NCBI GenBank assembly: GCA_037129255.1
Contig: JBAXVG010000027.1
Location: 2,121 to 34,120 of the forward strand
Direction of reading: 5' to 3'
DNA from: Desulfuromonadales bacterium
GTDB lineage: Bacteria; Desulfobacterota; Desulfuromonadia; Geobacterales; Pseudopelobacteraceae
Length of the DNA stretch: 32,000 nucleotides
The notes below the pieces were generated by a model, which worked only from the letters and a program-made list of their open reading frames with translations, was not told the DNA's origin and searched no databases. The translations under genes and the position numbers were made by a program. Numbering within the stretch: position 1 is the stretch's first letter; every line of letters begins with the position of its first letter. Shown here in pieces: positions 8,158-17,105 of this stretch.

Positions 8158-9901
8158 GAAGCGACTGCACCTTCCGGCGCATCCCGGTCGCTGAACTGCA
8201 GTGAATGCAATCTGCTGTAGAGACCGCTGTTGGTCACCAGGTCATCGTGGGAGCCGCTTTCCACAATACGCCCGCCTTCGAGGACGACGATCATGTCGGC
8301 GTGCAACACTGTGGAAAGCCGATGGGCAATGACAAAGGTGGTGCGGTCGACCATCAGGTTATCCAGGGCTTTCTGCACCATCTGCTCGCTTTCCGTATCC
8401 AGGGCACTGGTGGCTTCGTCCAGGATCAGAATCGGAGCGTTCTTGAGCAGGGCGCGGGCTATGCAGATCCGTTGTCGCTGGCCGCCGGAAAGGCGAACGC
8501 CACGATCGCCAATGTTGGTATCATACCCCTCGGGGAGCTGCATGATAAAGTCGTGGGCAAAGGCTGCCTGTGCGGCCTCAAGCACCTCCTCCAGACCGGC
8601 TTCCGGCTTACCGTAACGGATGTTGTTGGCGATACTCTCGTTGAACAGGGTAGTTTCCTGATCCACAAGCGCAATCTGGGAGATGAGCGAGCCAAGGGTG
8701 ATATCGCGGATATCGTGGCCGTCGATCAGGATTGCTCCCTGATCGACATCGTAGAAACGGGGAATCAGGGATACAAGAGTCGATTTTCCTCCACCCGATG
8801 GTCCGACCAGCGCGATCATGCGATTGCGCTCCGCCGTGAGGGAAATCTCCTGCAGGACCGGTTCGTCGTTATAGGAGAAGGAGACACCGCGAAATTCCAC
8901 TACGCCGGAGGAACGCCCCACATCAACTGCGCCGGGACGCTCAACGATGCTGCGGCGCTGGTCCAGAAGGCGAAACACCCGTTCGGCCGCGCCGGCTGAA
9001 CGCTGCACTACATTGTAGGATCCCTGCAGCTTTTTGATCGGATTGAAAACCATCACCATGGCTGCGATAAACGAAAAGAACTCAGAGGCGGTCATCTGTC
9101 CCGACATGACCTGGCTGCCGCCGAAATAGACCACTCCGGCCACGCCGAACGAAATAATGGTTTCTGAAACCGGTGTGGCCAGAGACTCGTATGTGAGAAA
9201 GCGCCGTACCTGGTTGAAATACTCCCTGTTGACCGCGCAAAAACGCTCCGTGGTACGTCCCTCCAGCCCAAAGGCCTTGATGACCTTGACGCCGGAAAAG
9301 GTCTCCTGCAGGATGCCCGTAATCCCCCCCATGACATCCAGACTCCTGCCTGAGGATTTTTTTATCTTCTTGCCGATCAATTGAGCCGGATAGGCCGTGG
9401 CGGGGATGACCACAAAGGTGATAATCGCCAACTGCCAGTTTCGATAGAAAATGACGCCAAGAAGCGACAACGCCGAGATCAGGTCGCGGAAGAGGCCGCA
9501 CAGCACCTGGCTCATTCCATCCTGCATCAGGGCAATGTCGTTGGTCACATGGGACATCAGCTCTCCGGTGGAGTGGCGGTTGAAAAAGGCCATATCCAGG
9601 CGGATGCTGCTGTTATAGAGATCGTTGCGGATATCCTGAATGGCTTTCTGGCCTGCCAGCTTGAGCGAGACATCGTAGCTGAAGCGGGTCACCCCCCTGA
9701 CCACGAACAGGGCAATAATCCCCAGCGGGACCAGCAGGAAGATGGAGGTCTCCTTGCCAGCAAAAATCTTTTTCAGCACCGGTTCCACCAGGTAGGCAAA
9801 GACGCCGTCCAGACCGCCTACCAGGGAGGAGCAGAGTGCCGAAAGAACCAGCAGCTTCCAATAGGGTTTGAAATATCTGAGTGTTCGGACCAGTACCGGG
9901 C

Positions 9902-9905
<4 letters not shown>
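8154..9905 (-). CDS. msbA: Lipid A export ABC transporter permease/ATPase
   Basis: 583-aa ORF: a six-TM exporter domain plus an NBD with Walker A GPSGGGKST, signature LSGGQRQR and Walker B ILILDEATSALD. It has ATGA-type 4-nt overlaps with both neighbours. Confidence 0.88.
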
Positions 9906-11039
<1,134 letters not shown>

Positions 11040-11053
<14 letters not shown>

Positions 11054-11369
11054 AAAGAATTTCCTGAACAATGGGATAGCCGCCTTGCCGTTGGCGCTCA
11101 TAGTCGCTCTGTGAGAAAATCAAAGGGGATATATCAACGTCTGTTTTTATCAGCTCTTCGTAAGCCAGATCAATTATCGCGTACTTGGTTTTATAATTCA
11201 CATCGTTAAGTATCACAACAACATCAAGGTCAGAGTCCTTATGGTCATCGCCTCGCGACTTGGATCCAAACAGGCAGCTATAAAGGTAATTGTCGGGAAA
11301 GTGTACCATCAAGAGCGATGAAAATTCCTTGAGAACATTATGTTCATTTTGTGTAAGGCGTGTTTCCAT
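11040..11369 (-). CDS. Minimal nucleotidyltransferase (MNT-type, Pol-beta superfamily), no HEPN partner visible
   Basis: Exact GSx10DxD motif (FGSKSRGDDHKDSDLDVVV). I prefer the start at METRLTQ (ATG 11369), which follows GGGAG plus 5 nt. Length is about 109 aa. Confidence 0.8.
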
Positions 11370-11492
11370 AGCGTCTCCCATTCTGCTTTCAATCAATAAA
11401 GCTTGGTAGGTCGATATCAAGAGCGGATACGGGGTGATCTACTGTCGTACCTGCCTATCGAAACCAAAGGAGAGAAACCTCGCCAGATTGTT

Positions 11493-11729
11493 CTACCGGC
11501 TCAAGTTCAATATTTCTAGCTCTTTTTCTTTTGCTTTGCCCGCAATAAATTCATTCACACTGCTAAGCCTCCCCTTGAACGAACCACGTAAGGAATGCAC
11601 GTCAGGATTTGTCGACTGCTTTCCGCCAGGTATGACTGTCAGCAAAACACGGTCACCAGATGTAACATGAAGCGGCTCAGACGGGAAAAAATATCCATTG
11701 CGATATGTTGCCTCTACTGTTTTATACAT
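11493..11729 (-). CDS. DUF104/AF2212-like small antitoxin-family protein
   Basis: 78-aa ORF. MYKTVEATYRNGYFFPSEPLHVTSGDRVLLTVI resembles the (I)EA(I)Y(E)NG(V)F(K)P pattern of DUF104 proteins as I remember it. AGGAG lies 6 nt upstream of the ATG. Confidence 0.6.
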   Translation of the reverse strand: MYKTVEATYRNGYFFPSEPLHVTSGDRVLLTVIPGGKQSTNPDVHSLRGSFKGRLSSVNEFIAGKAKEKELEILNLSR

Positions 11730-11864
11730 GGCAATCTCCTTCTTTTCTGATTGTCCTTATTTCTCGTTCCAGCGCTCCAGCGTCCCGTATTGCCTCTTTC
11801 TGATTAACTGAATATTTTAGATATTTTTTAAAGATGCATCCTTCAATATCAGCATGTTAGCTCA

Positions 11865-11884
11865 AATTCCGGACGACCGGAATT
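11865..11884. repeat. Perfect 8-bp-stem hairpin AATTCCGG-ACGA-CCGGAATT in a 312-bp non-coding gap
   Basis: Pairing 11865-11872 with 11877-11884 was checked base by base. It lies about 160 nt downstream of the 553-aa gene stop. No clear U-tract follows on either strand, so the function (terminator or operator) is uncertain. Confidence 0.5.
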
Positions 11885-12041
11885 CTCTGTTTATTATCCT
11901 CGCCACCTTACACTGCACAGCGTATCGTCGGGGTGATTCCTGCACATGCTCACCTTGTTTGACCTGATTTGGTGGTTAAGTAATTCAGGGTACTTCATTC
12001 CATTTTGTGAAGAATTTAGCCGCGACCCCATAGGTTTCTTC

Positions 12042-13703
12042 TTATTTTTTATCTAGCCGTTTTCTGTAGTCACTTAAATAAATTATCTTTCGCTGTTCAA
12101 ACTCGTTTTCTTCACGGTCAATCTGCTCAGCCATAGCTAAGAACTCTTCCCTTTCCTTCCCATCCATCTCTTCCGCAAGCTTCAGCACATATTCCATGAA
12201 GTTCGTACCATCCTCTTCGCTGCTTCCCAACCATTGCAGAACCTCACTAAGAACATCCTTTGGACAATGGCAACGCCTTTCAATCTTTTGAGTATATTGA
12301 CTTGGCGCCACCCAATAACTGCCCTGAAAATCAGAACAAAAGATTGTCAGTCGGTCATTAGCTTTACACATCGCCATTATTGCAGGGACAATTTTGTCTG
12401 CCAGTAAAAAACACTCTCGAATATTAGCTACCTGAATGGCATCGCCTTCATCATCTGTGTACATGCCACCCCGACCAAGTTCCAGAAACATGCGTAAAGG
12501 ACCAAAGACAAGGTAATAATGAATTGCCATCCAGCTTGCACCGTTCCGCGAATATGAGATGAGTGCGTAATCTCCAACCTCATTGTTGCTGACCTCATCC
12601 ACATAGAAACTTGAAAAATTCGGTGACATGGGAATTTCCCTCGTGGAAAACAGCATCTCCTCCCGCTGTTTTATTCGTTTTGCAAGTTCTTTGGGAATTG
12701 CAGGCAGGTCAAAACCAGCGTCCTGGAAGAGTTGCCTTGCTTTGTCGATATCGGTAAATTTGCAATATATTTGTTTTTTGTATTTCTCCTTGAAGTCAGA
12801 TAAGTCATAAACACTCTCCTTGTAAAGACCATAACCCAGAAAATTCGCAACCGCGACTTTGATATCTAATCCATTTTCATCAGGGATTTCTTCTAGGTTT
12901 TTAAGCTTTGTTGATTCCGGGTCATGGTTGGCAAGCATCAAAATCAATTCGATTGAATTATCGAGATGCTCGACTGGATTATTATTATCTCCCGCTCCAA
13001 AATCAACTAACCCCAACTCCCGTTTTTGCCTAAACATCTCAAGCACATCTATCATAAGTTGTTCAACATTGCCTGGTTTTGCTATGAAAGCGGATACATC
13101 TTTAACATGATCCATTAGTCCCGCTTTTCCACTCAACGCTTGTGTATAGTATTTCAATTCACAAATTGCCAGTTTAGGCAGGTATTTTTTGGGATATTTA
13201 CGATGATTTCCATCAGATTCCCATTTGATTGCCAGAAGATCGAATCGAGCCCTCTTGTCATTCGCCATGGAATCATATTCAATATCAACGATAAAATAAT
13301 CTGTAGCGTTTGAAACAATGGAGTAGTTGTTTTCGCGCACAATAAGTTGTTGAAACTCTCTTTCACTTCCATCTTTGTGACTCACAAAATAAAAATCCAT
13401 TGCCTGTTTCATTTGTGGGAATGCTTCCACTATGCTTCTGGAATCACTTTCACTTGATACTATCTTGGGAAAAACAGGTAATTGCAATTCCTTATACCTG
13501 TCATAGTTTGCATCGAACTCACAAATATAAATTTTAGCATTTGGCTTTATTCCTAATATTTTACCGCCACGATAATAAATATGGACTTCGTTTGATCGGA
13601 TCTGAAAATCTAGTGTTCTATCTTTTTGTATGCGATTCACAATGGGATGGAGTATTCCCCCATCCTTTAGTGCTGCCATGAATTCAGATTCAAGCCGTCG
13701 CAT
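12042..13703 (-). CDS. Uncharacterised 553-aa protein: PD-(D/E)xK-like nuclease core in the N-terminal half, unknown C-terminal domain, acidic helical tail
   Basis: Long ORF with GGAGG (13708-13712) 4 nt upstream of the ATG. Candidate catalytic pattern: E114/E116 (SEREFQ), D155 in the strand RFDLLAI, and E182-x-K184 in the strand LAICELKY. I recognise nothing in residues 345-500. The tail EEMDGKEREEFLAMAEQIDREENEFEQRK is acidic and helical. Confidence 0.8.
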   Translation of the reverse strand: MRRLESEFMAALKDGGILHPIVNRIQKDRTLDFQIRSNEVHIYYRGGKILGIKPNAKIYICEFDANYDRYKELQLPVFPKIVSSESDSRSIVEAFPQMKQAMDFYFVSHKDGSEREFQQLIVRENNYSIVSNATDYFIVDIEYDSMANDKRARFDLLAIKWESDGNHRKYPKKYLPKLAICELKYYTQALSGKAGLMDHVKDVSAFIAKPGNVEQLMIDVLEMFRQKRELGLVDFGAGDNNNPVEHLDNSIELILMLANHDPESTKLKNLEEIPDENGLDIKVAVANFLGYGLYKESVYDLSDFKEKYKKQIYCKFTDIDKARQLFQDAGFDLPAIPKELAKRIKQREEMLFSTREIPMSPNFSSFYVDEVSNNEVGDYALISYSRNGASWMAIHYYLVFGPLRMFLELGRGGMYTDDEGDAIQVANIRECFLLADKIVPAIMAMCKANDRLTIFCSDFQGSYWVAPSQYTQKIERRCHCPKDVLSEVLQWLGSSEEDGTNFMEYVLKLAEEMDGKEREEFLAMAEQIDREENEFEQRKIIYLSDYRKRLDKK

Positions 13704-13715
13704 TTTACCTCCAAT

Positions 13716-14954
13716 TTAAAGAATAAATTCTACGCCATCTTCAATAATTTCAGGATGCTGGAATAATTTGCCATATTGGCCAGCGTGCTCCGTATGCACC
13801 GGGACCAGCATTTTTGGGCTCAGTGCCTCTGCAAACATCTTTAAATCCTCAACTGTTGCATGCCCGCTGGTATGGGCATACATGAAGTTGACCTGATGAT
13901 CGTTTCGATAGCCTGCCATTGCTTCAGCGCCAAAATAATCTTCATTCTTGTAAGAAAGATAACCGAGCCATTGCGAATAAATTACGTTAACCGGTATTAT
14001 TTCTTTGTAAAAGTTGATGGTCCTGAAATGTGACATCTTGCCGAAATACAAGTAATCAGCGGGAGTTGCTTGCATCTCTTCTTTTGAAATTCGATGCTGA
14101 TAAACCCGTGTGCGGAAGTCTCCAAAAAAATCCGGATTATCTTTCAGCTTCTCATGTTGGCCGAAAGAGAGCTTGACCTTGATCTGCTCCCACTCCATGG
14201 CCGGTATGTTCTTTGATACCAGCTTGAGCTGTTCCAGAACCCAGGCTGTGTAAATGTCGAGCACCAAAATCTTGCCGGCGCGCTTGCACGCACGGAAGGC
14301 CGATACTATTCTGTCGATGTTCTGTGAAGATGAGATAAGAAATGTTATGTTGTCTTGCCCTTTGATGGTGTCGTATATTTTGTTTTCAACTTCAGCTTCC
14401 GTAGGGAATTCGTCATTACTCCGCTGAATCATCGTCCCTTCCATAAAGAGGAGATCAATATCCTTGGGCGGATTCTTGATGATCTTGTCAAACAGTACGG
14501 ACTTTCTGCCATGCGCCCTGAAGTCCCCGCTGTAGAATATCCGCTTCCCTTCGGCCTCGATCAAAAAGGCGTAAGCATCAACGGCTGAGTGATCCATCAG
14601 GTATGGAGTAATTGTGAAATCACCGATGACGAAAGATTGCCAAGCTTTGAAATAGTGGATTTCGTTTTTCAGCAAGTCATTGCCGAGAAGCATTCTGGTG
14701 GCATTGATCAGGTTCTTGCTCAATTCCCCCATATAAACAGGCACATCAGGCTTAAGCACCTCGATAAGGCCGAAATGATCCTGATGAGGGTGGCTGATAA
14801 GGACGGCATCCGGTTTCAGGGTAGCAACGTCAATTTCCTTGCTGTACTTGCTAAGCGGCAAACCAAGATCAAGCAGAATACTGCTCTGTTCTGTGGTAAG
14901 TCGGATGCAAGTGCCTCCGATTTCATTACTGCCTCTGTGAATAAGTACCTTCAA
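13716..14954 (-). CDS. Beta-CASP metallo-beta-lactamase-fold nuclease (RNase J/CPSF73/Artemis branch), compact 412 aa
   Basis: MBL motifs: D29 (LLDLG), H55-P-H-Q-D-H60, H122 (MDHS), D144 (YSGDF), H387 (VPVHTEH). Beta-CASP motifs: A = E172 (MEGT) and B = HTSGHA (361-366). TTG start with GGAGGAG immediately upstream. Stop TAA lies 12 nt before the next gene. Confidence 0.85.
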   Translation of the reverse strand: MKVLIHRGSNEIGGTCIRLTTEQSSILLDLGLPLSKYSKEIDVATLKPDAVLISHPHQDHFGLIEVLKPDVPVYMGELSKNLINATRMLLGNDLLKNEIHYFKAWQSFVIGDFTITPYLMDHSAVDAYAFLIEAEGKRIFYSGDFRAHGRKSVLFDKIIKNPPKDIDLLFMEGTMIQRSNDEFPTEAEVENKIYDTIKGQDNITFLISSSQNIDRIVSAFRACKRAGKILVLDIYTAWVLEQLKLVSKNIPAMEWEQIKVKLSFGQHEKLKDNPDFFGDFRTRVYQHRISKEEMQATPADYLYFGKMSHFRTINFYKEIIPVNVIYSQWLGYLSYKNEDYFGAEAMAGYRNDHQVNFMYAHTSGHATVEDLKMFAEALSPKMLVPVHTEHAGQYGKLFQHPEIIEDGVEFIL

Positions 14955-15273
14955 GGCTCCTCCAACTCTTCAATAGGGCTGGCATTTGATAGCTTCGTAG
15001 GTCGCGTTTGTTTCATCAACGTGACGTTTGCGGTATTTGTCAGCATCGTAACGTTGCGTTTCACAATAAGTCTGTTCAACACAATCTACCCTCCACACAC
15101 ATGCCCCGAGGGATACCGTCAGACGCCAAGACGAAGCCTTTGTCATGTTGCGATAACGTAATAAGCCACACCGACTCGGCGGGGGTTTTTCCCCGATGCA
15201 CGGTACTGCCGTCTGTTGGATATTTTCTTTATCGTTCAAAAAGTTTCAAAATAATCTTCTGGCTTCATTTATT

Positions 15274-15292
15274 AATAACAAAGCTTGTTATT
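15274..15292. promoter_or_regulatory. Palindrome AATAACAA-AGC-TTGTTATT plus a downstream GTTATT direct repeat; candidate ParD operator in the divergent intergenic region
   Basis: 8-bp arms at 15274-15281 and 15285-15292. GTTATT recurs at 15297-15302. The site lies 36-54 nt upstream of the parD ATG. Confidence 0.4.
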
Positions 15293-15327
15293 CTCTGTTA
15301 TTATTTAGGTCAGAGGAGGTGTTAAAA

Positions 15328-15594
15328 ATGAACATTTCACTTACACCACAACTCGAAACACTGGTAAAAAGCAAGGTGGAGAGCGGACTTTATGGTTCTG
15401 CAAGCGAAGTCATGCGTGAGGCACTACGTCTACTTGAAGTAAGAGATCGGAGACAGTTCCTGCGTGTAGAAGAACTCAGAACCGAAATCAAGAAAGGCTT
15501 GGATAGCGGTGAGCCAACTCCACTAGACGCTGGTGCTATCAAGGCGCGAGGCCGTAAGCGGCTTGCTGCGCAACAAAACGAGGCTAACGTCTGA
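15328..15594 (+). CDS. parD: Type II antitoxin ParD (CC2985-type)
   Basis: MNISLTPQLETLVKSKVESGLYGSASEVMREALRLLE is a typical ParD N-terminus. GAGGAGG lies 8 nt upstream of ATG 15328. The track ORF from 15196 is an over-extension. Confidence 0.88.
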   Translation: MNISLTPQLETLVKSKVESGLYGSASEVMREALRLLEVRDRRQFLRVEELRTEIKKGLDSGEPTPLDAGAIKARGRKRLAAQQNEANV

Positions 15595-15881
15595 TGTTGA
15601 GAATCCTCAAGAGCCCCGAAGCTGAAAACGACCTTGACGAAATCTGGTTGTATATAGCGCAAGACAACCCTGGCTGTGCGGACAAACTCCTTGATGAAAT
15701 TGAGGAAACAAGCCGGAAACTCGCACAGTTCCCGAATATGGGGAGAAACCGGGATGAACTCCATTTCGGCTTGCAAAGTTTACTCGTCGGCATGTACCTG
15801 ATTTTTTATATGCCGATTAGCGGTGGCGTTAATACTGTCAGGGTTCTGCATGGCATGAGGGATACTGACGCTTTCTTTTAA
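15594..15881 (+). CDS. parE: Type II toxin ParE/RelE family
   Basis: 95-aa ORF with EAENDLDEIWLYIAQDNPGCADKLLDEI...VRVLHGMRD, a typical ParE pattern. It shares a TGATG 1-nt overlap with parD. Confidence 0.88.
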   Translation: MLRILKSPEAENDLDEIWLYIAQDNPGCADKLLDEIEETSRKLAQFPNMGRNRDELHFGLQSLLVGMYLIFYMPISGGVNTVRVLHGMRDTDAFF

Positions 15882-16010
15882 TGCCTCATGCCTTCACCTG
15901 ATTGCCTCACTCCGTGCTAGTAAGATCTGTGCCGACGTTTTTTTCCTTATTTCTCCGGCTGGATTTTCTTGGGGGGAGGGGGACGGATATATTTTCGATG
16001 ACCAGGGATG

Positions 16011-17105
16011 CTATCCAACCAGCGCCTCTCGAACGGTCTGAGCTACCAGACGAACCGACTCCTCTGGCATCTCAGGGTAAACAGGCAGTGACATGCAGTG
16101 ACCGGCCACATCCTCTGCTATGGGAAGAGCCACACCGGCACACGCTTCGGCAAAGACATCCTGCCTGTGGAGCGGGATGGGATAATAAACTGCGGATGAA
16201 ATCTGCTTTTCTGACAGTTTAGCCATGATTGCATCGCGACGGTCCGTCAATACGGTATACTGGTGATACACATGAACGCCTTTGCGATCTTCGTGCGGTA
16301 CCGAAACGATGTCGCCAAGCAGCTCGGAATACAAAAGAGCCACCCGCCGCCGTCCGGCATTGAACTCGTCTATACGCTTAAGCTTTACCCGCAGAATGGC
16401 TGCCTGGATGTCGTCCAGGCGGCTGTTGTAACCGATCAGATGATGATGGTAACGCTCCCGGCTGCCGTGATTGCGCAAAACCTTGACCTGTTCGGCCATT
16501 TCTTTCGTGGCGCAGGTGACCATGCCTCCGTCTCCGTAGCAGCCGAGATTTTTGCTGGGAAAAAAGCTGAAGCACCCCAACCTGCCGATCGAGCCGGTCA
16601 TGCGTCCATCAATGGAAGCGCCAAACGATTGAGCGCAGTCTTCAATCAACATCAGGTCATGTCTGGTGCACATTGCCTCGATCGCGGCCATATCAGCCGG
16701 CTGCCCGAAGAGGTGCACCGGTATGACCGCCTTGGTGCGGGGCGTAATGGCCGCTTCGATCAGTGACGGATCAATGTTGAAGGAGCGGGGATCGATATCC
16801 ACATAGACCGGGGTGGCACCTGCGTAACAGATGGCTTCAGCCGTGGCGATAAAGGTAAAGGGAGTGGTAATGACCTCGTCACCAGGCCCGATACCGGCGG
16901 CCAGAACTGCCAGATGCAGGGCATCGGTGCCTGACGCACAGCTGACAGCATGCGGCACCCCCAGATAACTGGCGGCTTCCTGCTCGAAGCCGGAAACATT
17001 GGGGCCAAGAATGAACTGTGTACTCTCCAGGGCGCCGAGAACCGCAGTATCAATCTCGGATTTCATATTGTGGTACTGGGTTTTGAGATCTACCATCGGT
17101 ATCAT
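16011..17105 (-). CDS. gnnB: DegT/DnrJ/EryC1/StrS-family PLP aminotransferase; by context UDP-3-oxo-GlcNAc transaminase
   Basis: 364-aa ORF with the PLP-lysine motif FFPSKNLGCYGDGG. It has an ATGA overlap with the upstream Gfo/Idh/MocA gene and sits next to lpxA. Confidence 0.75.
   Translation of the reverse strand: MIPMVDLKTQYHNMKSEIDTAVLGALESTQFILGPNVSGFEQEAASYLGVPHAVSCASGTDALHLAVLAAGIGPGDEVITTPFTFIATAEAICYAGATPVYVDIDPRSFNIDPSLIEAAITPRTKAVIPVHLFGQPADMAAIEAMCTRHDLMLIEDCAQSFGASIDGRMTGSIGRLGCFSFFPSKNLGCYGDGGMVTCATKEMAEQVKVLRNHGSRERYHHHLIGYNSRLDDIQAAILRVKLKRIDEFNAGRRRVALLYSELLGDIVSVPHEDRKGVHVYHQYTVLTDRRDAIMAKLSEKQISSAVYYPIPLHRQDVFAEACAGVALPIAEDVAGHCMSLPVYPEMPEESVRLVAQTVREALVG

Noticed and set aside
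11434-11670. 78-aa (+) ORF
   Set aside because: It is antisense to the DUF104-like gene, which has a good AGGAG Shine-Dalgarno and a family-like N-terminus.
12042-12671. C-terminal half of the 553-aa protein as the missing HEPN partner of the MNT gene
   Set aside because: No Rx4-6H motif is present, and the segment looks beta-strand-rich rather than all-helical. The idea is kept only as something a profile search could revisit.
15180-15195. Short hairpin CGGGG-GTTTTT-CCCCG
   Set aside because: The stem is 5 bp and no U-tract follows on either strand. It is too weak to call a terminator or riboswitch element.
14970-15239. 89-aa (-) ORF exactly as listed in the track (TTG start)
   Set aside because: The N-terminal third runs through a GC-rich hairpin-like stretch and has no ribosome-binding site. 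Only the 3' part is kept, as an unresolved small-ORF candidate (see findings).
15390-15776. 128-aa (-) ORF
   Set aside because: It is antisense to the parD/parE pair, whose products match their families well.
15884-15909. Imperfect TGCCTCA/TGCCTTCA/TGCCTCA repeats, and a shared CCTGATT with the lpxB 5' end (about 11037-11046), as att-like direct repeats of the islet
   Set aside because: The match between the two islet ends is only 7 nt, well within chance expectation. No integrase is present to support a site-specific insertion.
15938-15944. T7 run downstream of parE as an intrinsic terminator
   Set aside because: I could build only a stem of about 3 bp (CGT/ACG) immediately upstream, which is not a credible GC-rich hairpin.
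15971-15986. G-rich tract GGGGGGAGGGGGACGG as a G-quadruplex
   Set aside because: There are only two long G-runs and a GG. Four separated tracts with loops cannot be formed convincingly.
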